Shown here: positions 31,004-39,942 of the stretch, piece after piece
Numbering within the stretch: the stretch's first letter is position 1
Layout of the letters: each line of letters opens with the position of its first letter
Source of the DNA: an uncultured Acidobacteriota bacterium
GTDB taxonomy: Bacteria > Actinomycetota > Acidimicrobiia > Spongiisociales > ZC4RG35
Length of the DNA: 64,000 nt
Assembly (NCBI GenBank): GCA_963828465.1
Contig: CAWHEU010000022.1
Location: forward strand, 160,001-224,000
Direction: 5' to 3'
The notes under the pieces: generated by a model
Databases searched by the model: none
Told to the model about the DNA's origin: nothing
Seen by the model: only the letters and a program-made list of their open reading frames with translations
Position numbers and translations under genes: made by a program

Positions 31004-31438
31004 TTGGCCACCAAGCAGGAGAGTTTGCAGTTGCTGGGTGGGGTGCCCTTCCTCAGCGATCTCAGCAAAAGAGATCTGAACAAGGTCATGGCCATCGCCA
31101 AGCCGACGGTTCACACCGAGGGCTCTGAGGTCATGACCGAGGGTCGCGGGGGAGTCGGCTTCCATTTGATCACTGACGGAAAGGCGAAGGTTCAACGGTC
31201 GGGCAGGACGGTGGCGACCCTTGGGCCCGGTGAGTTCTTCGGAGAGATGGCGTTGGTAGACGACGGCCCCCGGTCGGCCTCGGTATTGGCTGATACCGAC
31301 CTGACGACCCTCGTGATATCCAAATGGGAGTTCCGCCCCCTGGTGAAGTCCCATCCTGAGTTGGCCTGGAAGCTGATCGAGCACCTGGTGGTTCGGCTGC
31401 GGGAGGAGCAGACCGGTCGCGACTTGCTCGTCTGCTAG
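31004..31438 (+). CDS. Stand-alone cyclic nucleotide-binding domain protein
   Basis: GPGEFFGEMAL...PRSASV phosphate-binding cassette, no HTH. GGAGGAG RBS before TTG. Confidence 0.88.
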   Translation: MATKQESLQLLGGVPFLSDLSKRDLNKVMAIAKPTVHTEGSEVMTEGRGGVGFHLITDGKAKVQRSGRTVATLGPGEFFGEMALVDDGPRSASVLADTDLTTLVISKWEFRPLVKSHPELAWKLIEHLVVRLREEQTGRDLLVC

Positions 31439-31965
31439 TCGACGTCGGACTCGGTCTCAACAGCAAGGTCGCCGCCCTCCCACCTCGCCCGAACCCGATA
31501 CTTGGCCGATTCGCTTTCGAACTCGACGTCCACATCGGGTGGTCCCTGCTTGTTGATTTTCGCTGAGAATCCCGTGGCGGGCGATGCTGAGCTCAGCACT
31601 ACCTCCTCGGGTCGATACCTGACCACCACGACGCCGCCTCCAGTTTGGATCGTTCGGGAGGACCAGGCCGCCTCGGTAGATGGCGGGGCAGAAGTCGATG
31701 GAGAGCTCGGGGAGGTCGGGGGGGAGGACGAGGACGAGAGGACCGTGCTCGTCGTGGACGAAGTGCTGCTGCTGGTGCTACTGCTCGATGAAGAACTGGG
31801 CGGCACCGCCGACGTGGTCGATTCCGAGGTGCTCGAGGCGGGGGCGACCTGAAGTGGCGGTCGGTCGCTCACCTGGGCGTCGGCGGCGCTGACGATCTGC
31901 CAGGTCAGCGTCGTCGCCAGGGCGGCGACGAGTACCCATGCGCCGGCGATGGTCCATTTGCTCAC
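31435..31965 (-). CDS. Secreted/membrane-anchored Ser/Thr-rich hypothetical protein
   Basis: N-terminal hydrophobic helix, long S/T/P linker, small beta domain. GACAAT-N6-GTG. Confidence 0.7.
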   Translation of the reverse strand: MSKWTIAGAWVLVAALATTLTWQIVSAADAQVSDRPPLQVAPASSTSESTTSAVPPSSSSSSSTSSSTSSTTSTVLSSSSSPPTSPSSPSTSAPPSTEAAWSSRTIQTGGGVVVVRYRPEEVVLSSASPATGFSAKINKQGPPDVDVEFESESAKYRVRARWEGGDLAVETESDVD

Positions 31966-31999
31966 AGTCACATTGTCCCAGGAAGCCCGAACCATCTCG

Positions 32000-32027
32000 T
32001 CAACGGAAGGTCAAGGTTTCCTCAAGG
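32000..32027. promoter_or_regulatory. OmpR-type direct repeats TCAACG/TCAAGG/TCAAGG, 11-bp period
   Basis: Units at 32000, 32011 and 32022 in the divergent gap next to the response regulator. Confidence 0.55.
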
Positions 32028-32065
32028 CAGATAGGCAGAAATCGACTCCCGGATAACCTGCCGAC

Positions 32066-32749
32066 ATGGCACAGATCGTGTTGATCGAGGATGACGTGGA
32101 CATCAGACGGCTCGTCGCCGACGCGCTGGCGGCCCAGGGTCATGATGTCGAGAGCGCCGCTGCGGCCCTCGAAGGACTGCAGTTGACGGTGAAGGGAAAG
32201 CCCGATCTGGTGGTCATGGACCTCGGCCTTCCCGACCTCGATGGCACCGAACTGTTGCGAATGATCCGGGCGGTGAGCCAGGTCCCGATCATCGTGATCA
32301 CGGCCCGTGGCGCCGACGAAGTCGTCGTCCGAACCCTCGACTCGGGTGCCGACGACTACTTGGTCAAGCCGTTCTCGGTGGCCCAACTCGAGGCCCGGGT
32401 GCGGGCCCTGCTGCGACGCGGGGCGGCCGCCGATTCCGGAGAGACGATTCGGATCGGCGACCTCATGATCGATGCGGCGGCACGTGAGGCGACGCTGGCC
32501 GGCGAATCCATCGATCTGAGCCCGAAGGAATTCGATCTGCTCCGTGTACTGGCCGAGCGGGCGGGCGAGGTAGTCAGCAAGCGCGCTTTGATGGCAGAAG
32601 TCTGGCGCGAGCCCTACGGAGGAGCTGAGCGGACGGTCGACGTCCATCTCTCCTGGCTCCGCAGCAAACTCGGCGAGACAGCGCAGGCGCCACGCTATCT
32701 CCGCACGGTCCATGGGGTCGGGGTCAAACTGGTCGATCCCAACGGGTGA
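32066..32749 (+). CDS. OmpR/PhoB family response regulator
   Basis: IEDD, MDLGLP (phospho-Asp), DDYLVKPF, wHTH VDVHLSWLRSKL...TVHGVG. Confidence 0.93.
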   Translation: MAQIVLIEDDVDIRRLVADALAAQGHDVESAAAALEGLQLTVKGKPDLVVMDLGLPDLDGTELLRMIRAVSQVPIIVITARGADEVVVRTLDSGADDYLVKPFSVAQLEARVRALLRRGAAADSGETIRIGDLMIDAAAREATLAGESIDLSPKEFDLLRVLAERAGEVVSKRALMAEVWREPYGGAERTVDVHLSWLRSKLGETAQAPRYLRTVHGVGVKLVDPNG

Positions 32750-34021
32750 GACGACGGCTCGCCCTCCTCAGCCTCGCTACCACGGCCCTCGTAGTCATTT
32801 CTCTTCTCATCCCATTAGGCCTCCTGGTTCGGCGACAAGCAAGTGATCGGGCCCGGCTCGAGGCGGAGCGGACCGCGCAATCGACGGCTGCGCTCCTGGC
32901 CCTGACCGTGAGCCTGAACGAGGACGCCGGCGCCATCGAATCGGCCCTGGGACCGCTCGACCCAGGAACCATCGTCGTGCTTCCGGACGGGTCTGTCCTC
33001 GGAGAGCCGACTACCGGTCAGGGCAGTCTCGTGGCGGTCGCCGTCGAGCGACAGGCGACGATCTCCGGAGTTGTCGAAGGTGGTTGGGAATATGCCCTTC
33101 CCGTCATAGGACTGGCGGGCACCGCAGTTGTCGATGTCTTCGTCACCGACGAGGCGCTCAGCGACGGTGTGGTCGAGGCGTGGCTCCTCTTGGCGCTGCT
33201 TGGGGTGTTGCTCGTTGCTATCGCGGTGTGGGTGGCGGATCGGCTGGGCGAGCGCCTGGTCCGGCCGATCAGCGACCTGGCCTCGGCCGCGAGGCAGCTT
33301 GGTGCGGGGGACCTCGATGCCCGGGTGCAAGTCAGCGAGCCCGAGGAGATACGAGAGGTAGGCGAGTCGTTCAACTGGCTGGCCGGGAGGCTCGAAGAGC
33401 TCATTGCCGAGGAGCGAGAGGCCGCCGCCGACCTGTCCCATCGATTACGGACGCCGCTGACATCGCTGAGACTCCAGGCGGAGAAGCTGACCGACGATGC
33501 CGAACGGGGGGAGGTCCTGGGTCAGGTGGATCGACTCGAGCAGGCCATCGACGAGCTGATAGTTGCCACCAGGTCTGCGCCTACAGGCCGGGGCGGTGTC
33601 TCCGATCTCTCCTCGGTGGTGTCGAGCGCGTTGCTCGTTCTGGGCGGTGCTGGCCGAGGAACAGAGGAGGGTGATGACGCTGAACGTGGATGATCACGGC
33701 CCGGTGGATCTATCGGGAGAAGCTGTGGAAGCCGTGGTGGACGCTCTGATCGGGAACGTCTTCTCCCACACGGATCCCGGCACCCCTTTCGACGTGACGT
33801 TGGGATCGGAGGATGGTCGGCCCTGGCTCGAAGTGAGCGACCAGGGGCCGGGATTCGCATCGAGGAGGCTGGCGGAGCGAGGTGTCAGCGGGGCTGGCTC
33901 CACCGGGCTCGGGCTCGACATCGTTCGACGGACCGCCGAATCGGCAGGTGGCGGCATGGAAATGAACGACCGCCCCGGTGGCGGGGCGGTCGTTCGGGTC
34001 TGGCTCGGGCCTTCGGACTAG
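32746..34021 (+). CDS. HAMP-domain sensor histidine kinase, +1 frameshift near 33625
   Basis: Two TMs, HAMP and LSHRLRTPL H-box in frame 1; N box, DQGPG and GLGL in frame 2. Confidence 0.87.
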
Positions 34022-34509
34022 CCCCGGGTCCGGGCGTCATCGCCGCCGTTGCCGGGACCGCTGTTGTCGTCGTCTCCGTCATCGTGGCCACTGTTGCCGT
34101 GGCCGCTGTTGTCGTCGTCATCGTCGCCGTTGCCGGGACCGCTGTTGTCCTCCCCGTCTCGGTCGTCATCGCCATTCCCGGGACCACTGTTGTCGTCACC
34201 GCCCCGGTCATCGATGCTCGTACTCGTTCCGTTGTCGTCCACGCTCGTGCTGGTCGTCGGATCGATGGTGGTGCTGGTGGATGAGGTGTCCACCAAGCTG
34301 ACGCTCGTCGTGGAATTGTCGTCGACGCTCGTACTGGTCGGGTCGTCGAGGCTGGTGGGTGTCGATCCATTCGTTGAGGACGACACATTCGAACTCGGCG
34401 TGGTGCCGATTGAGCCGGAGCTGGAGTCGTCACTCGATGCAAACGCCACCCCCACCAGGAGGAGCGCCGTGGCCACCGCCGTGACCACACCGATCATTTT
34501 TCTGAACAT
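34018..34509 (-). CDS. Secreted low-complexity protein with DNSG(P/H)G repeats
   Basis: Signal peptide (AFA), S/T/D-rich middle, acidic tail with DNSGPGNG x3. AAGGAGG RBS. Confidence 0.75.
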   Translation of the reverse strand: MFRKMIGVVTAVATALLLVGVAFASSDDSSSGSIGTTPSSNVSSSTNGSTPTSLDDPTSTSVDDNSTTSVSLVDTSSTSTTIDPTTSTSVDDNGTSTSIDDRGGDDNSGPGNGDDDRDGEDNSGPGNGDDDDDNSGHGNSGHDDGDDDNSGPGNGGDDARTRG

Positions 34510-34568
34510 CTAGGACCTCCTTGTCGATTGCCTGGTCCTAGTGTCAGAGATGTCGGATCATCACCGCA

Positions 34569-34596
34569 TCAGAGGTCCATCAAGAAGAGCTCAAGG
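34569..34596. promoter_or_regulatory. Second OmpR-type direct-repeat array TCAGAG/TCAAGA/TCAAGG
   Basis: Units at 34569, 34580 and 34591, 11-bp period, upstream of the 34509 gene. Confidence 0.5.
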
Positions 34597-35188
34597 CTGC
34601 CCACTCGTTCCGGAGGATCCCGTAGATGTGTGCGTCGACCCATTCCCCACGCTTTAGGTGAGACGAGCGGATCGTTCCCTCGAGTTGCATCCCGAGACCC
34701 TCGACAAGTGCCATGCTCCGGGAATTCGTCGTGAAGATCTCGGCCTCGACCTTGACGTGGTCGAACTCCCCGAAACAAAGGTCGAGCACGGCGGTTAGCG
34801 CCTCCCGCATGATCCCCTTGCCCCAATAGGGCTTGCCGAGCCAGTAGCCGACATCCCCCCTTCCCGGCTGGACGCTGGGTCTCGCGCTGATCATCCCAAT
34901 GGCGATTCCGGGCGATCCCGTGGTGGAGCCGGTGCGATCTCGAATCGCCCAGTGAAAACCACTCTCGCCGTAACGCTCAGTTTGTGCCTGGTGGATGAAT
35001 CCGATGGTCTCGGAGATCTCGTCGGGGCCGTCCCAGATCAGCCCGGCCGTGACCTCCTGGCGATCGTCACCACCGACGAGTGAGAACAGGGCGGGGGCAT
35101 CCGACTCGGAGGGCACTTCGAGGACGACCCTCTCGGTCTCGATGCGGTAGGTGTTCAATGCGGCCCGGTCCGGGCCCGTTCCCGTCAT
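34580..35188 (-). CDS. RimJ/RimL-type GNAT acetyltransferase
   Basis: IETERVVL, VGYWLGKPYWGKGIM, NSRS...LGMQLEG. Confidence 0.88.
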   Translation of the reverse strand: MTGTGPDRAALNTYRIETERVVLEVPSESDAPALFSLVGGDDRQEVTAGLIWDGPDEISETIGFIHQAQTERYGESGFHWAIRDRTGSTTGSPGIAIGMISARPSVQPGRGDVGYWLGKPYWGKGIMREALTAVLDLCFGEFDHVKVEAEIFTTNSRSMALVEGLGMQLEGTIRSSHLKRGEWVDAHIYGILRNEWAALSSS

Positions 35189-35243
35189 CGGTCTCAGTAT
35201 GCCGGTGGCTCTCCACGACCGAACAGGATTTTGTTGGAGGAGG

Positions 35244-35272
35244 TGTCACCCAATCCCAGGCCCGGCTCCGTC
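35244..35272 (+). promoter_or_regulatory. Putative ECF sigma autoregulatory promoter (TGTCAC ... CGTC)
   Basis: ECF-like -35/-10 ending 8 nt before ATG 35281. Confidence 0.45.
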
Positions 35273-35280
35273 TCAGAGGC

Positions 35281-35751
35281 ATGATCACCGCCACAGGTGT
35301 GATGGACAACGAGCAGGTATATCGGTCTTATGCCGTCGAGCTCACCAGGTATGCGACTGGCCTGGTAGGGCCGTTCGACGCCGCTGACGTAGTGACCGAC
35401 GCCTGTCTCAAGGCCTTTTCCGCCAGGAAATGGCCCGAGGTGAGCAACAGGAGGGCCTACCTGTATCGGGCGGTGCTGAGTGTGGCCAATGACCACCACC
35501 GGAGCACGCTGTCTCGGCGGCTCCGGGAGATGAAGACAGCAACGCCTGAGTCAGCGCCATCGCAGGACATCGATTTCGACGTCCTGGGTGCTGTCGAGCG
35601 TCTCTCGGTGCAGCAAAGGGCGGCGGTGCTCCTCACCTATTGGGCTGATCTCCCGGCGGAAACAGTCGCCGATCGAATGGGCATATCGACCGGAGCCGTG
35701 AAGCGTCATCTGGCCCGGGCACGAAAGCACCTCGAGGAGTGGCTGTCATGA
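35281..35751 (+). CDS. ECF RNA polymerase sigma factor
   Basis: Region 2 (AADVVTDA...AYLYRAV) and region 4 (LSVQQRAAVLL...GISTGAVKRHLARAR). Confidence 0.88.
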   Translation: MITATGVMDNEQVYRSYAVELTRYATGLVGPFDAADVVTDACLKAFSARKWPEVSNRRAYLYRAVLSVANDHHRSTLSRRLREMKTATPESAPSQDIDFDVLGAVERLSVQQRAAVLLTYWADLPAETVADRMGISTGAVKRHLARARKHLEEWLS

Positions 35752-36887
35752 GCAGATCAGACGATCGAAAGATGAAAGAACTTGCCGACCGGCTGGTGGC
35801 GATGTCGCCAGAGCCACCGCCCTATCCCGAGGAGGTCTCTGTGACCCAACGTGAAGATTCAAAACCCAGACCGGTCCTGGTGTTCGCAGGTGCCGCTCTC
35901 GTTGTGCTGCTCCTGGCCGCCATCCCCCTCTACCTCTCCAGAGGAGGCGGCGAGGTGGACCCGGTTGCGTCGTCGACGACGTCGACGGTGCCAACCACGG
36001 TCACCACCCAGCCACAGGCCTCGACGACGGTCACCACGGAGGCGCCGGCGACGACAACGACCGTGCCGGCGACCACGACCACCACAGCTCCTGGCGTCGA
36101 AGCAGTGGAAGCTGTGCTCTATGCGGTGCAGACGCCGGAGAATTCGTTCACCGGCAATCCTGCCCTCGTCGCCTTCCGCGGGACCGTCGTTCCTGCCGTG
36201 CTCTTCGAGGAGCCGATGAATCCGGCTTACCCGGGTTTGTATGCGCTGACATCGGAGAACCTCTTCCTCCCCGATGGATTCAGCAACATGGTTCCGGCCG
36301 CCGTCGAGATCCTGGGTGTGACTCCTGGCGAGCACACCGTCACTGTGGACATGAACGAGGCCTTCCTCGCAGGATCCGGCTCAGGTCTGCTTGGGGACTT
36401 CACCATGCTCAACCAGTTGATCTACACGGCGGCGGCGTTCGGTGAGATCGAGAGCGTCCTCTTCACGGTCAACGGCGAATCGGTCACGGCCTTTGGTAGC
36501 GAGGGCCTCGATCTGAGCGAGCCACAGGGCCGGGACGCTTACCTGGACCAGCTCAACTCGGTGAATGTCGACTCACCGATCCAAGGTCAAGGCGACGAGC
36601 CACTGAGGGTCGCCGGATTCGCCAACGTCTTCGAAGCGACCGTGAGCCTGGAAGTAGTCGACGCAAGTGGCAACGTGGTGCAGGAGGACTTCACTACTGC
36701 CACATGCGGCACCGGTTGCTGGGGCGCATACGAGTTCGAGGTCGACTACCCCTTCGTCGGCGACGAGACCATTCGGGTCTTCTGGCATTCCGCGGAGGAT
36801 GGTTCTCCCAGTGATGTGGTCTCGATTCCGGTCCTCTGGGACGACCCGGACGGATGGGACTTCAGCTCGCATCCCGGCACGCCTTAG
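35748..36887 (+). CDS. Membrane-anchored anti-sigma-like protein with GerMN and Gmad2 Ig-like domains
   Basis: Short cytoplasmic N-terminus, TM, Thr-rich stalk, NQLIYTA (GerMN), GFANVFEATV...CGTGCWG (Gmad2). ATGA overlap with the sigma gene. Confidence 0.78.
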   Translation: MSRSDDRKMKELADRLVAMSPEPPPYPEEVSVTQREDSKPRPVLVFAGAALVVLLLAAIPLYLSRGGGEVDPVASSTTSTVPTTVTTQPQASTTVTTEAPATTTTVPATTTTTAPGVEAVEAVLYAVQTPENSFTGNPALVAFRGTVVPAVLFEEPMNPAYPGLYALTSENLFLPDGFSNMVPAAVEILGVTPGEHTVTVDMNEAFLAGSGSGLLGDFTMLNQLIYTAAAFGEIESVLFTVNGESVTAFGSEGLDLSEPQGRDAYLDQLNSVNVDSPIQGQGDEPLRVAGFANVFEATVSLEVVDASGNVVQEDFTTATCGTGCWGAYEFEVDYPFVGDETIRVFWHSAEDGSPSDVVSIPVLWDDPDGWDFSSHPGTP

Positions 36888-36900
36888 AGATGTTCCTACT

Positions 36901-36930
36901 GCAGGGCGTCACGTATTCGTGACGCCCTGC
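36901..36930. terminator. Hairpin between convergent genes
   Basis: GCAGGGCGTCACG-TATT-CGTGACGCCCTGC, perfect 13-bp stem. Confidence 0.6.
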
Positions 36931-36942
36931 TTGACGGTCGGC

Positions 36943-37188
36943 CTACCTACCCGGTGGCGGCTCTCACAGCTCGACCTTGTTTCCTCGGAGTCCTAACACC
37001 ATCCGAACTTCCCGTTCTCGTCCTCCATGGTTTCGTCATCGACCCGAACTCCTTCGTCTCGGAGCTTGGCGAGCAGCCCATCGAGACCATCCACCCGGTA
37101 GTTGATCATCCACTGATTGGCTCCCGAAGTGGTCGGTACCAGCGGGAAATGGTGCCCACACGCCGCCGATCCCAGTGACTCGAGCCAT
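36943..37188 (-). pseudogene. Degraded VOC/glyoxalase family gene
   Basis: GGAGG-ATG then MARVTGIGGV|WAPFPAGTDHFG (internal segment missing), frameshift, QWMINYRVDGLDGLLAKLRDEGV...GKFGWC*DSE, frameshift, NKVEL*EP. Confidence 0.8.
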
Positions 37189-37230
37189 ATTTCCTCCGTT
37201 TGGACGACGTTACGTCGCCATACTCAGCGA

Positions 37231-38050
37231 ATGCCACTGGACCATTACCGCGAGGCCAACCGGGCAAATTGGGACGCTCGTGTCCCCATTCACTACGGGT
37301 CGGACGAATACGGCATAGCCAGGTTCATCTCTGATCCCACCCACCTGAGCGGAGTGGTCACGTACGACAAAGAGAAGCTGGGTGATGTGACCGGGAAGAG
37401 CCTGCTCCATCTGCAGTGCCACATCGGGACCGACACCATTTCCTGGGCCCGGCTCGGAGCGACGGTGACCGGGCACCGACCTGTCGGAGAAGTCGATCGA
37501 GGCGGCCAGCCGTCTCAGCGCGGACTCCGGCACTCCGGCGAGGTTCATCGTCTCCGAGCTCTACGACACACCCGAAGTTCTCGATGAGAAGTTCGACATC
37601 GTCTACACCGGGGTTGGGGCAATCTGCTGGATCCCGGAAATACGGGGTTGGGCCGAGGTGGTGTCCTCGTTCCTCGAGCCCGGGGGCACGTTCTACATGC
37701 GCGAAGGCCATCCCATGATGTGGGCAATGGATTGGTTGGAGACCGAGGAGTTGCGGGTCGCAGTCGCCTACTTCGAAACTGCCGATCCCGAGGGCGAGGA
37801 GGAGCACGAGACTTATGCCGGCGTCGGCGTCGTCGAGAGCCCGCTCAATTACGGCTGGAACCACGGGATGGGGGAAACCATCGACGCCCTGATCCGGGCG
37901 GGGCTGCGCATCGACCGCGTCGAGGAATACGACGAGTGTGAATGGCAGGGCCTGCCCATGATGATCCAGGAAGACGACGGGCTGTGGCGTCTGCCCGACC
38001 GACGGGAACGGTTGCCGTTGATGTGGTCGGTCCTGGCGACGAAGGTCTGA
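37231..38050 (+). CDS. Class I SAM-dependent methyltransferase, +1 frameshift near 37472
   Basis: LLHLQCHIGTDT motif I; extra G in GGGC; then FDIVYTGVGAICW and LEPGGTFY. Confidence 0.85.
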
Positions 38051-38106
38051 CAATTAGGTCGGTCGACCCCCTACAGCCAGCTCAAATGCATGCCGAATCA
38101 GTAGGG

Positions 38107-38184
38107 GTAAGTCATTAGTTTCACTGCTAGCGACTTACTTCCTCCTCCAGTGTGAGAGGGGCCACCTTCGGTGGCCCCTCTTTC
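38107..38184 (+). ncRNA. Candidate ~80-nt small RNA: hairpin, TTCCTCCTCC, intrinsic terminator
   Basis: GTAAGTC...GACTTAC stem, unpaired anti-SD-like tract, 12-bp GC stem plus T-tract; no ORF. Not assignable to a known family by eye. Confidence 0.5.
38155..38184 (+). terminator. Intrinsic terminator
   Basis: AGAGGGGCCACC-TTC-GGTGGCCCCTCT followed by a short T run. Confidence 0.8.
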
Positions 38185-38196
38185 GCGTCTATGGGT

Positions 38197-39063
38197 TCAG
38201 GCCAGACAGGTGATGCGGGGAAGCCCGGAGGCGATCTCGGCCCAGGTCCCACCCTGATCGTCCGACCTCCAAACCTTGCTGCCATTCCCGGCGTATACCG
38301 ACTCGTCGCGAACGGCCAGGCAATGCGTGTCGAGGTTGTCGTCGAACCAGTCGGGGAGCCCGTTGCGACAGTGCTCGAATGGCCCGCTCGTCAGGTCTGA
38401 CCGGTAAAGCCGTGCCTGGTTCGAACGCGGCCCGGTCGACGCAGAGATCAGCACTGTGTCGCCGATGAGCGTCACCGCCCGGCAGTAGGGCGCGTGCAGA
38501 CCGTCGTCGCGATACGTGAAGACCCGTCCGTCGGTCGACTGAGCCATGCCGCGGGCGCAAGCCGCTAGCACTGTTCCCTCCACCGAAGGGTCGGCGATCA
38601 CCTGATGGACATCGGCATGGATGTCGAGGGTGGGACTCGGACCGGTGTCGTCGCAACGAACGATGCCACCGACATGCACGTTGACGAAGAGGGTGTTCGC
38701 GCCGTCGACCGCCATGGACCTCACATCGGGAGGGCCACCCCATGGCGTGTACCAATCGCCTCGCCCCGGAGCGTCGGCAAACCCCGGGTCTTCGATCAGT
38801 TCACCGCCGTCGACTCGGTACAACCGGGCACTCGATGCGCCCACCCAGATGGTCCCATCGTCCGGCAGGACGCAGTTGAGAGTGGCGCCGTTGGGACCAT
38901 TGGCAACGGTTCGACCGTCGTGGTGGATCCGAGCTTCGTCGTCGACGGCCCACCAGCCCGCTGCGTCCCGCGCGATGTGGTTGATCGTGGCGTCGGCAAT
39001 CAATGGCTGTGTGGGGTTGTCCAAGGCGAACATCCCGCCAATGGTCCCGACGAGCAGGCTCAT
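38197..39063 (-). CDS. Beta-propeller (BNR/sialidase-like repeat) hypothetical protein
   Basis: WYTPWGGPPDVRS, NVHVGG, Asp-box-like SDDQGGTW. Start may be 39075. Confidence 0.7.
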   Translation of the reverse strand: MSLLVGTIGGMFALDNPTQPLIADATINHIARDAAGWWAVDDEARIHHDGRTVANGPNGATLNCVLPDDGTIWVGASSARLYRVDGGELIEDPGFADAPGRGDWYTPWGGPPDVRSMAVDGANTLFVNVHVGGIVRCDDTGPSPTLDIHADVHQVIADPSVEGTVLAACARGMAQSTDGRVFTYRDDGLHAPYCRAVTLIGDTVLISASTGPRSNQARLYRSDLTSGPFEHCRNGLPDWFDDNLDTHCLAVRDESVYAGNGSKVWRSDDQGGTWAEIASGLPRITCLA

Positions 39064-39096
39064 TTGGTATGACACTAGGTCGGCGTGCGCGTCGCT

Positions 39097-39942
39097 CTAG
39101 TCGGTGATGACCGAGACGATCTCGGCGACCGGATAGACGACCGATGTGGTCGTGTCTGGCACGTCGAGGGACTCCCAGTCCTCGCCGACCACCCGCCACC
39201 GCGCCGTCCAGGCGTAGGAGATCGAGAGGTCGTAACCGGTCAGGTCCTTGACCTCGTAGACATGTCTGGCACCGCCATCCGGGTATCCGGCCAGCGCAGC
39301 CTGGTCGGCAGGGAACGTATCCACTCGATCGTCTCCCCAATCGACCACGACGCCGCTCACCTCGATGTAGATGTCGAGCGTGGCGCCCGTGCCGCTGGAC
39401 AGCTGAGTTTCGTGGACATCAGGGATGGGCACGCCCACAAAGGTCTCGAGGCCAGTGACTCCATCGCCGGGTAACGGATTCAGATCGGGAGTAGGAGGCG
39501 GATGGACATAGGACATCACGTAATCCCACGCCTCCTCCGATGGGTCGACGGTCACACCGGGCTCCGATGTGCACCGGCGAAAGTAACCGGAAGGGCCAGG
39601 CGAACCATCCACGATGAGAACTAGCTCCGCCCCACCGTCCGGGCTCAACGGGACGATCTGGTAGTTCGTTTCGGTGCTGGTGACATACCAACACTCCCCC
39701 AACAGGTCGAAACCGACGTTGGGATAGAGGCGGGAGGGAACCGAGTCGTCGTTGGCGTAGTCGACGACATCCGCCACCAGCGATGCGACAGCGGGTGATC
39801 TGTTCTTCGGTGAGCGTCACGGGGTTTTTCTCCGTTGTCACCCAGCAAGCGGTGTAAGTCTCAGCCAACGCCGGCAGTCGCGAGCGGCGATGACGACGAC
39901 TACGAAACCGGCTGCAACTCCGACTCGCAATCTGCGTCCCAT
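39097..39942 (-). CDS. Secreted hypothetical protein with C-terminal PKD-like domain, frameshifted near 39883 and 39775
   Basis: Joined frames give MGRRLRVGVAAGFVVVVIA..LPALA|ETYTACW...CRIAGG|DVVDYAND...VDWGDD...HVYE...WTARW. Confidence 0.6.

Noticed and set aside
27492-31438. Pycsar/Avs anti-phage system
   Set aside because: The cNMP protein has no TM or TIR effector, and no defence-island context is seen; this architecture is a common actinobacterial signalling type.
34018-34330. Possible CRISPR or tandem array (repeated GCCGGGACCGCTGTTGTC)
   Set aside because: The repeats are in-frame coding repeats of DNSGPG with irregular spacing, and there are no cas genes.
36990-37000. Stop-codon read-through (Sec/Pyl) in the VOC gene
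   Set aside because: The stops co-occur with a deletion and frameshifts, consistent with decay.
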